Assembly (NCBI RefSeq): GCF_009914755.1
Contig: NC_060926.1
Length of the DNA stretch: 64,000 bases
Strand: one strand, 5' to 3'
Source: the human T2T-CHM13v2.0 reference genome, Homo sapiens
Shown: in pieces, positions 43,226 through 58,500 of the stretch
Numbering within the stretch: position 1 is the first letter of the stretch
How the letters are laid out: every line of letters starts with the position of its first letter
The notes under the pieces: generated by a model
What the model was told of the DNA's origin: nothing
Database searches by the model: none
The model's input: the letters and a program-made list of their open reading frames with translations, nothing else
Translations under genes and position numbers: made by a program

Positions 43226-43892
43226 AAAAGACAAACCCATTAGTTTAAAAAAAAATGGAAGAGACCCCTCCAGAAAACTAGATGAATGCAGATGCATGGG
43301 GCATAGAGACGGTCCACATGGTCTAACCAGCAGTTGGAAGCACAGATCTGGAGCTCAGACGATGTACAAAGACACTAAACATGTTGTTTTGGTACTCCAA
43401 AGTAAATTCAAAACAAATTAAAAAGTTAAATATAAAAAAGTAAAACCATAAAAATTAGAAAGAAATCAGAGTGAATTTAAAAAAAAAGAAAATGGAAAAG
43501 GCAACAAAAACAATTTTTAGAAGCTAGAAAGCATATGGGCAAGTGGTAATTGATTTAACAGACTCCAGAAAGCAAACTCCTAACACAGCAGTGTGAAAGC
43601 AAAAAGGCAACCCAATTTACACCTCAGGACACCCAATAAAACAGAAATTGGTAGCACAGTATAATAAAGAGAAGACTGGCAATAGGGAGGTTTGTTCAAA
43701 GCCTGTGTAAAAAAGAGTTCTCCAGAATCCCTCCCCAGCTCTGCCCAGAAGGGCAATACCCACTCATCCCCAACTCTCCTATTGGATTATTGGAGGATTT
43801 TTCTCTGGAGAAGGTGCAACAATCTCTTCTTTGAGGCATACCAAACTCAGCCAAAGATGGGGAAACCAAACTCAAAGTGGCTAAGAGTTTCA

Positions 43893-44262
<370 letters not shown>

Positions 44263-44581
44263 TCAAGCAGTCAGGAGTTCACCTTCAAAGCAGAGGCTCA
44301 GAGTAACCATCTCAGGGAAGCCTGGGTAGCCCAAAAAGAAGGATCTGAAAGTTTAAAACTGGAATCCACCAACAAAACAGTCCAACATGTCACCCTACAG
44401 TGAACACTGCCGACATGCTCGGAGCTCAGAACAGCCTTTTAATGACCTATTTTTAACAAGAACAGACTATCTAGGACCACACTCATAGGATTCCTCCCCT
44501 AACATGAATGATGAGTCCAAAGCAACAGGGGAAAGAAGCACCTGGAGGAAGACAATGCAAGAAATGGAAAAGTATTTTTTA

Positions 44582-44957
<376 letters not shown>

Positions 44958-47152
44958 AAAAAGATCCACAAAACAAGAGCTGGAAAATTTTTTAAAGAAA
45001 TACACTCAGACAATTTTTTTAACTTAATAATGGAAATGAAAAAGCTCAATAGAAAGGTAGGAATATAAAGGTGATTAAATTTCCCAGGAAGTAGAACAAA
45101 AAGACAAAGAAATAGGAAGTAGGGTGTGTATGGATAAAACAGCCCCCACCACAGCAGGTCCCATGCAAAGGTGTAAGTTTCAGAAGATCTTAGGACTTTC
45201 ATAGCCACACTACAAATGACAATAAAATGAAGCAAAGTGTACAGAACTCTAAGGGAACATTATTTGTTACTGAGAATTTTCTATCCAGCTGTCAATCCAG
45301 TGTCAGGATATACTGAAGACATTTCAGGCATTACATGGTTTGAAAGCTACACCTCCCATGTGACCTTACCTAGGGAGCTAGGAGTAGATGTGTTCCCCCT
45401 AAAAGGGAGTAAGCCAGAGAAGAGAAAAACATGGTATCCAGGAAACAGGGGGTCCAACAGAAGAGAAAAATAAAGGAAATCCCAAAAAAAGTGGGGAAGG
45501 AAGAGTCTGGGATGCAGCTGTGCACCAGGTGAAATGGGCAATCAGAACCGGTTACAGGAGGTCAGGTGCTCCATGAGAGGTTTCTTCAGGAAGAAACCAA
45601 TAGAATTACCTCTGCATCTGAAAATATCACAGAGAAGCTGAGGTTAGAAAAGAAATGCTGAATGAAAGTTAATAAGAAATAAATTCATAGAAAAGTAAAC
45701 ATAGGAATAAACAAAACAGATATGAAATCCAGAAAAAAAATTGTACAAGAAAGAAGTCATCATACTTCACCCTATGGCTCTAGGAGGAGGATTTACATAG
45801 TCATAATAATGAAAACCATAACTACAATACAAGGATGGAAATGCAGGAAGTCAGTCTGCTTGTGTGGGGCCAGGAGTATAAAAGAGTAAATTATTTCCTT
45901 CCATTTGGGGAAGTTAACAAATAATGCCTAAACTTGAAAAACAAATTAAGAGTTAGCATTGGAACCCTGTTATTTACACAAGTAAATACAGGAACTAACT
46001 ACAAGAGGTGAAGAGCTTGCTGGGAGAGAATGAGGGGGAAATAAGAGAGAGGGATGGAGAATGGGGGCTGCTGTCATTCTTAACGTTCTTATAACTACAT
46101 CCATGTTAGAAAGTAAAAAAAAAAAAAAAAAGATCGAAAATATCTTTATTTGGTTATTCTCCAGCTGCTCTTTTCAGCATTTGTATATTTGATTCCTTTT
46201 TTATTTTCTACTCATATTAAACACACTTATTTTACGGATTTTGTCAGCTACTTCTCTCACCTAGAATTTCAGGTCTAATCACGCTATCTGTATGACACTC
46301 AATCATGGTGGGTCCCCTGCTCAGGAGCTTTCTAATATTGGATTGTGAGCTCATCTTTGGTGGGGCTGCCTCCATGGGACACCTACTGGGCCTTGGTCAA
46401 AGTTCTTCTGCACCTGCTTCTTTCAGGTGCTCCAGGGGTATTTCCAACCTAGGACCATGTCCATGTTACTATCTCAGCTTGAGGGCCCCCAAGCTAAGTG
46501 CAGGGTATACATTCCCAGAGCAGATGCCTTGGTGTGTCTCCTAAATTCTCCTCCTGGACCTGGGCACTCATTTCCCCAGCTGCCAGGAATGAGGGCTGCT
46601 GATGGCTGCATCCCTTTCCCAGAATCCCCCTCCACTGAAGGACGCTGCCTCCCCGTGGTTGTACATGTCCCTGCGGCAGCCCACACCAAAGACTGGTCTG
46701 GTCCCCATGCTTCACCTGGAAGCCATCTCAGCTTCCAGGTCCGTGTGGGACAAGCCTCTAAGGCAACAACACTGCAGTTCAACCTCCCCTCTGCCAGTCC
46801 TGGCTCCCTGCAGGTGTTCTTCCTGAGAGTCTCCCTTAGTCCCTCGCCCCACTGCCAATAAACCTCCTGGAGGGAAGCTGAGTCTCCGAGTCTATTCCCC
46901 AGGGTATCGACCTACGAAAATTCCAAACACAAATGTACATGAGGTCAGTCTCATGGTTCTGAATTCCAGTGAAGGCTCCCCCACGCTCTTCCCCTCCTCA
47001 GCCCACACAGAATTATTCTGACACAGATGAGCTCTTCATTATCTCTGGGCTGCTAGAGGTATTTATTCTGGTCCACCCTTTCATTGAAGGTAAAGTCCTT
47101 TTAAGGAATTTGTTACTAGTTTCCTCTATCTGCTTGGTGCTGGCCAAAGCAT

Positions 47153-47765
<613 letters not shown>

Positions 47766-50047
47766 ACATTCGCCAATGGGAAGGAGGCATGGCCGTCAGG
47801 CATGGGAGAAGGTGGACAGGGAGCAAGAGTTTCCCCTGCTGGGGTAGGAGCAGGGGTTCCCTTCCTACCCCGGCTTCCTCTGTTCCTTCTGTGTCTCAAT
47901 ATTTCTGCATCTCAAACCACAGCACAAGGCACTGAGAAGTCACGTCTTGTCCAAGAAGAGCTACGGCAGAAATTCACCTGACAGAGGCAATTCCTAGAGG
48001 ACCAAATTACAGCCCTGAGATATCCACAGACCAGAAAACCCCTTCTCACCCAGCTGCTTAACAAATATGACTGGAAAAAGACTGAGAGGCAAGAGGAAAA
48101 ACCCTGACAAATGTCCCAAAGGGCCCCTGCCAGCAAGGACCCAGGCAAGAAGGGACGAGGGACCCTGAGCATGAGATGAGCCCACCTGGGGCTCGCCGCC
48201 CAGCTACCCTGTGTCACCGCCACGGCTGTGCGACAGGGACACCGGGTGCTAATGCACCCTGGCCACGCTTCCAATTAAACGCTGTGTGAAGAAGGCACTG
48301 AGAAGGGAGGCAGGGCAGGCAGGCAGCTGCTGAGACCCCTCCCCCACTCCTGGCTGGAAACAGCAGCCCACTGTGAGCGGAGACTCAGGAAGATGAGTCC
48401 TCCTAACAGCCTCAGGCAAGTCCCTGTCAATAGAAGCCTGGATGCTTCAATCGGGGGTTAGGGGGATGCTGGGCAGTGCAGCATGGAGGAGGGGTGAGAG
48501 AATGAGCTCCTGCATCCCCACCATTTACAAAGTTGAAGACGCCCTCCTTGTTTCCTTTGTCTGGGATCTCTACCTGCAAATGTACATCCTCAGCCTGCTG
48601 CAACCACAGTGCCCAAGCAGGGAGGCGGCAAAACTGACTCCGGTCCAACCAGCGTCTGAGTTTCCACTGTGTTAGCGGCTGACAACACCGCCTGAAGAAG
48701 ACGGGTCCTGGTGTGGAGGAGTGCACATGAGTGCCGAAAGCAATAACACAATGATACAAGTATTGTGCATCGAGTTCCTGATCTATGGGTTCCCGTGGGG
48801 CTATGGGGGAAGGGAGGTGTTTCAATCAGCCTGGAAGGCTTCCCAGAAAAGGTGATCTTTCATCTTGATCTTGAGGGATAAGTAAAATTTCGCTAGAAAA
48901 AGAAGCATGGAGGTCAGAAACCAAAGGCATCTGAGACTAAGGGAAGAGCAGGTACGTGGGTTTGGGGCAAGAAACAGGACACAGCCTGTAGGGCCCACAA
49001 GGAGCCTCTGGGGGCTGCAGTACATGGGGATGGGAGGAGGTGAGGCCAGCCAGGATGAAGGGGACAAGATCATGAGGGACCTCGTGGTAACCAAAGGGGC
49101 CTGTCTGAAATATGCGTCCGTACTCCGTGTGCTGTCTGAGCTCACAGCACAGAGGGTGACAGGCACAGAATCCCTGATCACGTGGCCACAGGGTATGAAG
49201 ACAGAATGCAAAGGCAGGGAGAGTTGTCGGAGCAAGGTTCCCAAACCGCTGGTCTGCCTGTTCCTCCCTCCTGGTCCCCACCTCTCAGAAGCAGCCTCCG
49301 GGTTTATCGTTCCCAAGCACACCCACAGGGAGCACTTTATCCCTCAGAACACCGCCAGGATGTGGCTTTCAAACTTCCTGCCCACATCCTCTGGCCCCTG
49401 CACCATTGCCTGCTTCAGTGGCGGCAGCCGGACGCTAGGCAGGAAAACATTCCTGCAGATTCTCCACAATAGTTCCACCTCATACAAGGAGGTGGACACA
49501 GGAGCTTGCGAAGAGGCCCGGGGCTGTGAAAAGTCCAGCAAGGATTAGATGCCACATCTGACATGAGGAGCGGCCAGAAGTGTAGGCAGGCACCACAGCT
49601 GGGCCTGGACATGCACAGAAAATGTCCTGAAGAACAATTAAGACACTGGTAACAAAGGCTGCCAGCGGAAGAGAGAGACTTTAGGACGGGACAGAGATTT
49701 GGACTGTGCACCTTTGGTCTCAGGAATTTTTATCTTGTGTACATTCTGCTTTTTTCAGTAAAATAAATACATGACCAGCAAACTACGCAAAGGATCATTC
49801 CACATGCAGAATGTCAGCTGCACGGTTAAGGCTTTGGGTCATGGAAGTATTTCAGGGGTAGGGGAAACAGGCAAGTTTAGGGACATGGGCAGAAGAGGCA
49901 AGGGCTTCACAGCCTTCATCCATGCAGGAGGGGCACAAAGGGAAGAAGTGTGATGAAGGAAATTGGCGGTGTCATGGATAAAACTGCTCTGGGGGAATGG
50001 GCGCCTGCAGTTGGTGAGGCCTCTTTGGGGAGGGGAGTTGTCAATGA

Positions 50048-50467
<420 letters not shown>

Positions 50468-50818
50468 TAAGGCCACTGCAACTATTTCCATGTTACTCAG
50501 CACACCAGAAAGTATCTGAAGAGTCTTATGTCTTTTCTGTCTCCCAATGTGTCTGTCAGATGAGAGAACACCTAAGAAAGTTCCCAAACATTTTTTGCTG
50601 AGTTTACAGAAGAATCGTGCAATTTCATTTTATCCATCTCTCAACTCTTAGTCTCATAATTTAGAAAGAAAAAGAATAAAAACACATATCTTACCATTTT
50701 TAAGGGTTAAGAGTTTACATTAAAATCAAATAAATTATTTTAAAATCTCCACATCTAAAAAGAAAATCACTTCTTTCCAAGGTGTTTTTCTAGTTCTTAA
50801 ATCTACAGCTGCACCTAA

Positions 50819-51163
<345 letters not shown>

Positions 51164-51889
51164 TAATTTTGAGTGAGCTTTTTCTGAGAAGATCTGGGTT
51201 TGGAGTACTTTTTTAACGGAGCTGTGTATCTTAGGAAAGGTTTTCCCCTGAGAATGTTTCAAATATGTCTTCATTTCCCACAGAACATGTATTGAGTGCC
51301 TAAAAATTAACTTGCACTCAAACCTGAAAAACAGAGTCAGAATGCATTTTCCTAAATCACTGTAACAAAGATATCAGTGATGTCAAAACCCTGAGTTTTG
51401 AAACAGAACTTCTGTTCTCTTTCTAGCTTCATTATTAAAACAGACTTTTTTTTCCACATTTGTTCATAACAGGATTGCCATTTTCCATGCTGCCTACCGA
51501 TTATAAACAGAATGAATTTTAAAACCAAACTAGAGCTCTCTCTGAAATATTCAAGATGTATTACCATCTGGTTTTATATCAGCATTTGAACAGATCCAAA
51601 ATCACTACATTACCAAGTATTATCAAAAATAGTTCACATTAAAAAATAGTTCACATCCCTTTCAAAGCATACTCAAGGCACAAACTTTGAAAGTCCACCT
51701 AATTTTTCAAACTATACCAGACATATGAATGCCAACCATAATTACATATGTGATCTATAACAAATAACTCAGTAATACTGACGTAAGCTAGTTTTATCAT
51801 CAGGTCTTTTAGAAACTACTAACTTGAGAAGACATGGTATATTGATTACCTGGAAGCTTATAGGAGATGAAGGGTAACAATCTTTAACT

Positions 51890-52524
51890 TGTAAACCGCA
51901 AATAAAATTTTAAGGCTCCCCAGTCATCTGAATGGCCCTCTCCTCTCAGCCAAGGGCACTCCAAAGTTAACCTGAAAAGCTGTTTCCAGCCGTGATGGGA
52001 AAGGGGACTTGGAGGTGCCTCACTGTACCCTCCTCCCTTCTGGAATTCAGGAAAAGCTGACCAGCATTAGCATCAACACAGACATAAAGTCTGATAAGAA
52101 ACATTTGCAGTCTGTTCTCTCTGAAGTCTGCTACCTGGAGGCTTCATCTGCATGATAAAACTTTGGTCTCTATAACCCCTTATCATCAGAATCCACAGAT
52201 TCATTTTTATTGATTCCAGGTGTTTAGATAATAACTTAAGTCTTTCAACCAATTGCCAATCAGAACATTTTTTAATCTACCTATAACCTGGAAGCCATCC
52301 ACTTCCAGTTGTCCCAGCTTTCCAGATCAAATCAATATACATCTTACAAATATTCATTGATATATTATGTCTCCCTAAAGAGTATAAGAGCAAGCTGCAC
52401 CCCAGCCACCTTAGGCACATGTTTTTAAGACCTCCTGAGACTGTGTCAAAAGCGCGTCCTTAACCTTGGCAAAATAAACTTTCTCAATTGATTGAGACCT
52501 GTCTCAGAGACTTTTGGGTTCACA
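51890..52524 (+). mobile_element. MER4-family ERV1 solo LTR
   Basis: TGTAAACCGCAAATAAAATTTTAAGG...GGGTTCACA with near-TSD aact/acct. Confidence 0.82.
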
Positions 52525-55469
52525 ACCTACAATGTACATGTCAGGTAAAAATACAAATCTTTCCAGTTGACTGAGGAAAAGAGGTGTGCCCCCCAACTTC
52601 TATCCACCCTCCTCATTTCCAAACTCAAAAGAGCCAACAGCATTTCTTCAGAAGATACTCAGCTAAAAATCAGTAACTATGATTAAATAAATAGAAAATG
52701 GCAGCTGAGGAGGTGAAGACAGGAACTCCAGCTGACCCCAGGAGATGCAACTCCAAGACAACTCCCTTAGCAAGAGAATGGCCATAGGATGACCCAACTG
52801 CCCCCCAAAATTGTAATTGTTTATAAAATAAATGAAATCTCAGCCTTGTATGTAAATCTTTAGGTAGAATTTATCATTTTCCAAGAAATATTGTCCTTCC
52901 ACCTAACTAAAAAAAAAAAAAAGTGTTAAAAAATCTCTCAGTTCATTTATTACAGTCTTGAGTACTGATTCCATGCAAGGATGGATGCTCTTCCTGCCCC
53001 AAATTTTTCACCATCCAACAGTAGCAAGAAGCCATGTCCATAAATACAGTCGCTTTCTCTTCATCATGATTAACACCCCCTGCCAACACAAACACACACA
53101 GGCACACACTCCAAAACTTCCCCGCCACACCAAAGCATCATATATAGTAATTCTATAGCAATCCTCTTAAAAATACGAATTGATGCAACTCGGCCATTTC
53201 ACTGGTTTGGACAGAGATGCAGGAAGTCAGAGCATTGCGTTTCATCCATCTGTTAACTACCTCCTTCCTTGAAGAGTAGGACTGGGAGTTTTTTGACACT
53301 TTACAAAAACCTTTATTGCCATTTTGAAATGTTCCATTTTTCTTTAGACACTAATTTAAACATAACTTCGAAAGTCAGTTTATATTGCTTAATCTCTATT
53401 TATTTCCATTCAAAACTAGGAAAATAATTTCACAAAAGTCTGGCGCCATATAAATGATGCTTTGGAAGAGATTTTAAATACTGCATATTAGAAATACATT
53501 TAGGAAACTAAATAGTAAAATCAGCAACCCTAACAACACAATCACAGACCATATCAAGGGTTTAAAATATGAAACACATACACACACACACAAATACTAA
53601 AGCTACTCTATAGTTAAAGTGGAGGAAAATATAATTCACCTTCTACATTTTTTAGTTTGACTAAACCAGAACAAACTGAAAGTGATGTGAGAACAAATTG
53701 AATGTACTATAGATAACACAAATCATGATATTATATGCCAATACCAACATTTTATTGGCTAGAAGTTAGAGGATTTAAATTAAATACTTGCTGCAATGAA
53801 GGTGTAAAATCATTTTTAAAAGAAAAAGAAAGAGAAGCCCTTTTCACAAAGCAACATTCTAATTCTGTATGCACTATGCAACTGTCTTTCTTTATTAAAG
53901 GAAATGAACAACATTTTTAAGATAGCCCAACTGATCAGGTGTAACATGTGAAACCAAAATTTCCTCATAATTTTTGTCTATTATGAGACTTAAGTAACAT
54001 CCAATGTAATATTACTCTCCTAGAAGAAAGACTTGCCCAATATTTCTTCTCATTCAGGTCCTCATTCAAACATCCACGTGACAAATCAAAACAGCTTTAT
54101 CAGGCACATGGACACGTCTGAGTTACTATTATTCTGTTTGTAAATCACCTCCCTTCATTCCTTTCCTTTTTCTTTGCATATGTAAATTATGGTGTCTGAT
54201 CCAAAGTCCTCCGCCAGCCACCACAACCAAATTATCCCCTAGGGACATCAATCCAGCTTGTTATTCTTGTTACAGCATTAAAAAAGTGGGGGCAAGGGGA
54301 AGGAGTAGCTATTTTCAGGAATCAGAATTCCCCTTGATTAGATTTCTGGCTCACCGGTAAAAAACGTTTATACTCTGGAATGCATTGCCCTCCACTTCTA
54401 AATGTTTGGCTGTTTTAGAGCCAAGATGTGGTATAGTGTTTCCAATATAAATTGCTTCAAGTAATATGTGCCTAGTTTTGCAGGGAGCATTTGGTCAAAT
54501 TTTAATATTCCCTCTTGGGAGCCAACCCCAACTTCCAGCAGCAGATCTACCCTTGCAGAATAGAATTTTAAACAACACACACACATAGCTTGTCTTCTAG
54601 CAGACATGTGCTTTTTTTCTCCTAATCTGAGGGTTGTCACAGGAGACACCTTGTGTGATGCCTATCACTGAGAAAATAGATCTTTCTGTTAGGTAATAAA
54701 TTCGTCACAAAATGCAGTCTTTTCCCCAGCATCAAAAAAAAAAACAAAACACCACAGGTTTCTACCAAGGTTGAGCTGTAACTGACACTGCTTAGGCTTG
54801 TGAGTCATTGCACAATTCATAAGAATAAATAGCACACATACATTTCCATAGGCTGCAAAATGTTAGTCCAGAAAACACATGCCATCAGCCTTCCTAACCC
54901 CCAAACAGGATTATCTGGCAGAAACTGTTCCACTTCCTTAGTTTTTCTTAATTGTAATACATGTTTTTGTTTCCACGGCCACTGAAAACTTGACAGAAGA
55001 CCCTCCCATTTTCCTTTCACTAAAGTGTGCATAGGATTTTCCTCCAAGCCTTACACAGATATGATCAGGGAAAAGGAGAGGGCTCGCTGCAATATTGCAC
55101 CCATCTTCTTGCATTAGGCTGAAAATAAGAATCTTAAGGATATATATGTGTCACATGTCAGCCCAAGCTGAAGGCATCCACCAAGAGTATTTTCACTATT
55201 CAGCTAGCAGCCAGCATCTACTTCCGCAAGCCCGCATACTGATGAGAGCCAAGGCTCGCAGTCACTCTCCACCTCATCTTCTTACCACCCTTTCCTATGC
55301 AGAGAAGAAAGCCTTTTGACTAATTTATCAGTACCCTGACTATCCAACAATCTAAAAAAATTTACTCATCAATAATAGTCAACTAAAAGCAAAAGCACAT
55401 CCCACAGGAATTAGAGAATAAAACGGGCAACAGCTGCACATATTGGCCGACGAGACCCTTGATACTCAC

Positions 55470-55589
55470 TAAAGGCAGCCACCGCGAGGGCCAGGGTGAC
55501 AATGATGGAGAACCAGGACACCCACAATGCCTTCTTCCTGTAGTTCTGGGCTTCGTGAGGTTTCAGGCGGGTGCTGCTTTCTAGTAAGC
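55470..55589 (-). CDS. TMEM163: TMEM163 coding exon 2 (120 nt): (G)LLESSTRLKPHEAQNYRKKALWVSWFSIIVTLALAVAAF, containing the first transmembrane helix
   Basis: Acceptor tctaac-ttccctttctccttgtttttgtcag| has a CTAAC branch point and a polypyrimidine tract. Donor is A|GTGAGT. It joins exon 1 in frame (G+GC = Gly68) and encodes a hydrophobic TM segment. Confidence 0.96.
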
Positions 55590-58500
55590 CTGACAAAAAC
55601 AAGGAGAAAGGGAAGTTAGACATTTCCTTACTAAGAAACCCACAGCGAGAGCTACAATTTCTTACCCAAAGATTGCAAACTAACAGCCCGTGGGCCAAGA
55701 CGTGTTTTGTTTGGCCCACACTGTGTTTTAACAATTAGATTTCACATGAAAATCAAGCTTTCTGGCACCCCTTGAAAAATCACAGGCTCTGACAATATGG
55801 GCCGTGTATTTCTGCAGGGTAACAGCAGCTGTCCTCTTTCGAAGAACTCCACAGACCCCACCACTCCTTGACATACCACACCAGGCCATTCCTTTGCCCC
55901 TGTGTTATGTTGCTTGGCCTCAGGTAGATGCTGTTCCTGCCCACAAGACCTTTCTGTTAGGAAAACAGCACAAACCACCCACATTCAGCCGGGCCTTCAG
56001 GCTCCTCAGCTGTGAGCATTGATTCACCAGCACAGTCCCAACTGGTGGACTGGGTTTTGCCCAAAGCAAGGAGTCAGTCTACAAATGACCTCACTGCTCC
56101 CCCAACAATCAGGAGAAGAACCATTTCTCTTTAACCACATCCAGCAAGAGCCTCCAGGCCCAAATTATATGCCACGTTTCCTTCCCTCCTTTTTCTGCTC
56201 TATAGTATACACATCCTTTTTAGCAAGCACATGTCAAAAAATTCTCAGAATATTAAAGTGGGGCAAACCTACTAAAACTAGAGGTAGCTTCCCAGGTAGG
56301 CCATGTATAAGACAAATTTTATTTTTATCTCCTATGCTTTCAACATGGAGAGTCCTTGACAACAACAGAAATTCATAACAACTCCCAGGCAATGCCCACA
56401 ACTGCCTGGGGTCAAAGACTAAAATGTCTTCAGAATGGTCTTGATTTACAGGTTTATCCTTCTCCTTTGACTGTAGATCATATACAGCATCTCTTAGTTG
56501 CACACAGTACCACATTTTCAGCCATGCATTTACATAAACAGGAGCTTATTACACCATCTCTGGTGAAACAACCCACAATACAACTTTCAGAGGTTGAGCA
56601 GCCTCATCAGAGTAGCTCCAAAGAATGAAGAAATTGGTAATGAAAGCTCAGGTACCAATTTGTAAAATATCACACAGTGTGAGACATATCACACCTACGC
56701 ATCACATAAAAGACACCATCTCATTCATCCAACTGGGTACCACACTAAGCCTCCAGTTGCCAAAAACCACATCCTGATCAAAAGTTAAAGCCAGGACCCT
56801 GCTAAAACTTCTCAGTTCCATTTATAACCCAGAATTGAGCATCGCTGAACAAGTCCTGAGCAAAACAAGCCAGAATGTCAAGAAGGTTGCTGAGTGAGCC
56901 CAGCTCACAGCCTAGAGATTTTTAAATAATTGAAACCCACAGGCTTACACAGAATCAAAAGGGAGATGAAAATGCAAATGTTGAGCATAAACACCATCAC
57001 CATCCTCTCTCTGTAAAAATCTCCCCAAACCTTCCTTTGTGAGTGGACTTGGAGGGAAAAAATAAATACCTTCTCTCTTGTCAAATTCTGCCCAGGTACA
57101 AGTAATTTAAATAAAAATATAGCATGTCCCTTTGTCTATATCTTCCTTAGCTGCCAAAAACCACACTATTCCAGTTTTCAACTATACAATCACCAGTTAT
57201 AGCCCTATCCTAGAATGAGCAGATTCCACGCACCCTTAATAATTTATGTCCCTTTTCCCAAATGATATAAAAATATTCCTTCCATCATGGCCAATTGATT
57301 TTCAGGAGAAGTGAAGCTATAACATTTAAGTACTGGCTCAAATAAGCAGTTTGTTTGCTAGGTATTTTGACAGCAACAATCTCCAGATTGTCATCCACTG
57401 AGGTAAAAACAAGGTTCCTTTGAGAAGTAGATTTCATTTTCTAAGAGGAATGACAATGATGCCCATTTTCTCTTCAGCCGCATAACATTTATTTTTCCAT
57501 CCAAAGTCAGCTAGTTTCAATAATATAACTGGTCCTGACCACACATGCGGACCAATCTACATGCTTCACCCACCAGTGAAACAGCACCCCCCTGGAGGAG
57601 TTTCAGATGACAGCCCAGGACAGCTGGACTGTCCCGCTAAGGTGGCACTTGGGACTTCTCAGCATTACGACCAGTACTTCTTCCCCAGATCTGGGCCTGT
57701 GTGTGCCTCCTCCGTGATATTTTTAAAATTAAAAAATAAAATGGAATAAGTACAATGGGAAGACTGTCCAAAAATGGAAGGACTTTCCCATTTCTATTCA
57801 ACTTTTGCTTATTTTCTGCTGATTTTCCTTTCTAAAAATATAGCCGATCCTAATGGAAAACTTTGCACTCCTCAAGGGGAAGTGTAGTATGATGATGTAT
57901 AAAGACTCAGTTCCTAGTGAATGTTCCACACACAGGTACCTCCACACTCATGTTGGATGCAGGCACACTCACAAGTTACAAAGATGTAGTGAGAATTCCT
58001 AATGTTTTCAGGAAGCTGTGCTTTAAAGCTGGAAGAAAGCCAGGCTGAAGAGACAGGACAGCCTAGAGAAGCTACGACAGGCCTCGGATTTGCAGGCAGG
58101 GCTGGATCCTCCCTACCCATAGCTGGCCCCCATATTTGAATTTCTAAACTCACTCAAATTTCATAATTTGCAATTTTGGCCTGGGAATACTAAGCATAGT
58201 ACTAATGAGAGACTGATCCTTTATTTATTTTGGAGAGGGGAAAGGTACAAATACATATGGAGAGGCTGAAGCCATCAGTTATTTCTACACTAGTATGCAT
58301 TAGTTCCAATTCCTTTCTCCTAAGTTTGTCAAGCTTGAACTCTGTGAAGAAAGGGAAATTTTGTTAGATGGGGAAGTACTGGGAAATGCTGACACATATA
58401 ATTACCTAAGGCTAAGCTGGGCCCTAAGGTTACGGACAGAATGATGGGAAAATACTTGTAGGGAGAAGAATAGGTATTCAAAGGGGATGGGAAGAATGAT

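Noticed and set aside
48907-49548. 213-aa ATG-initiated ORF (and the overlapping 166-aa minus ORF)
   Set aside because: No recognisable homology, overlaps L2-like sequence, and has no promoter or splice support; consistent with chance.
55411-55734. 107-aa ORF as an independent gene
   Set aside because: It is TMEM163 exon 2 read through its flanking intron and MER102 sequence.
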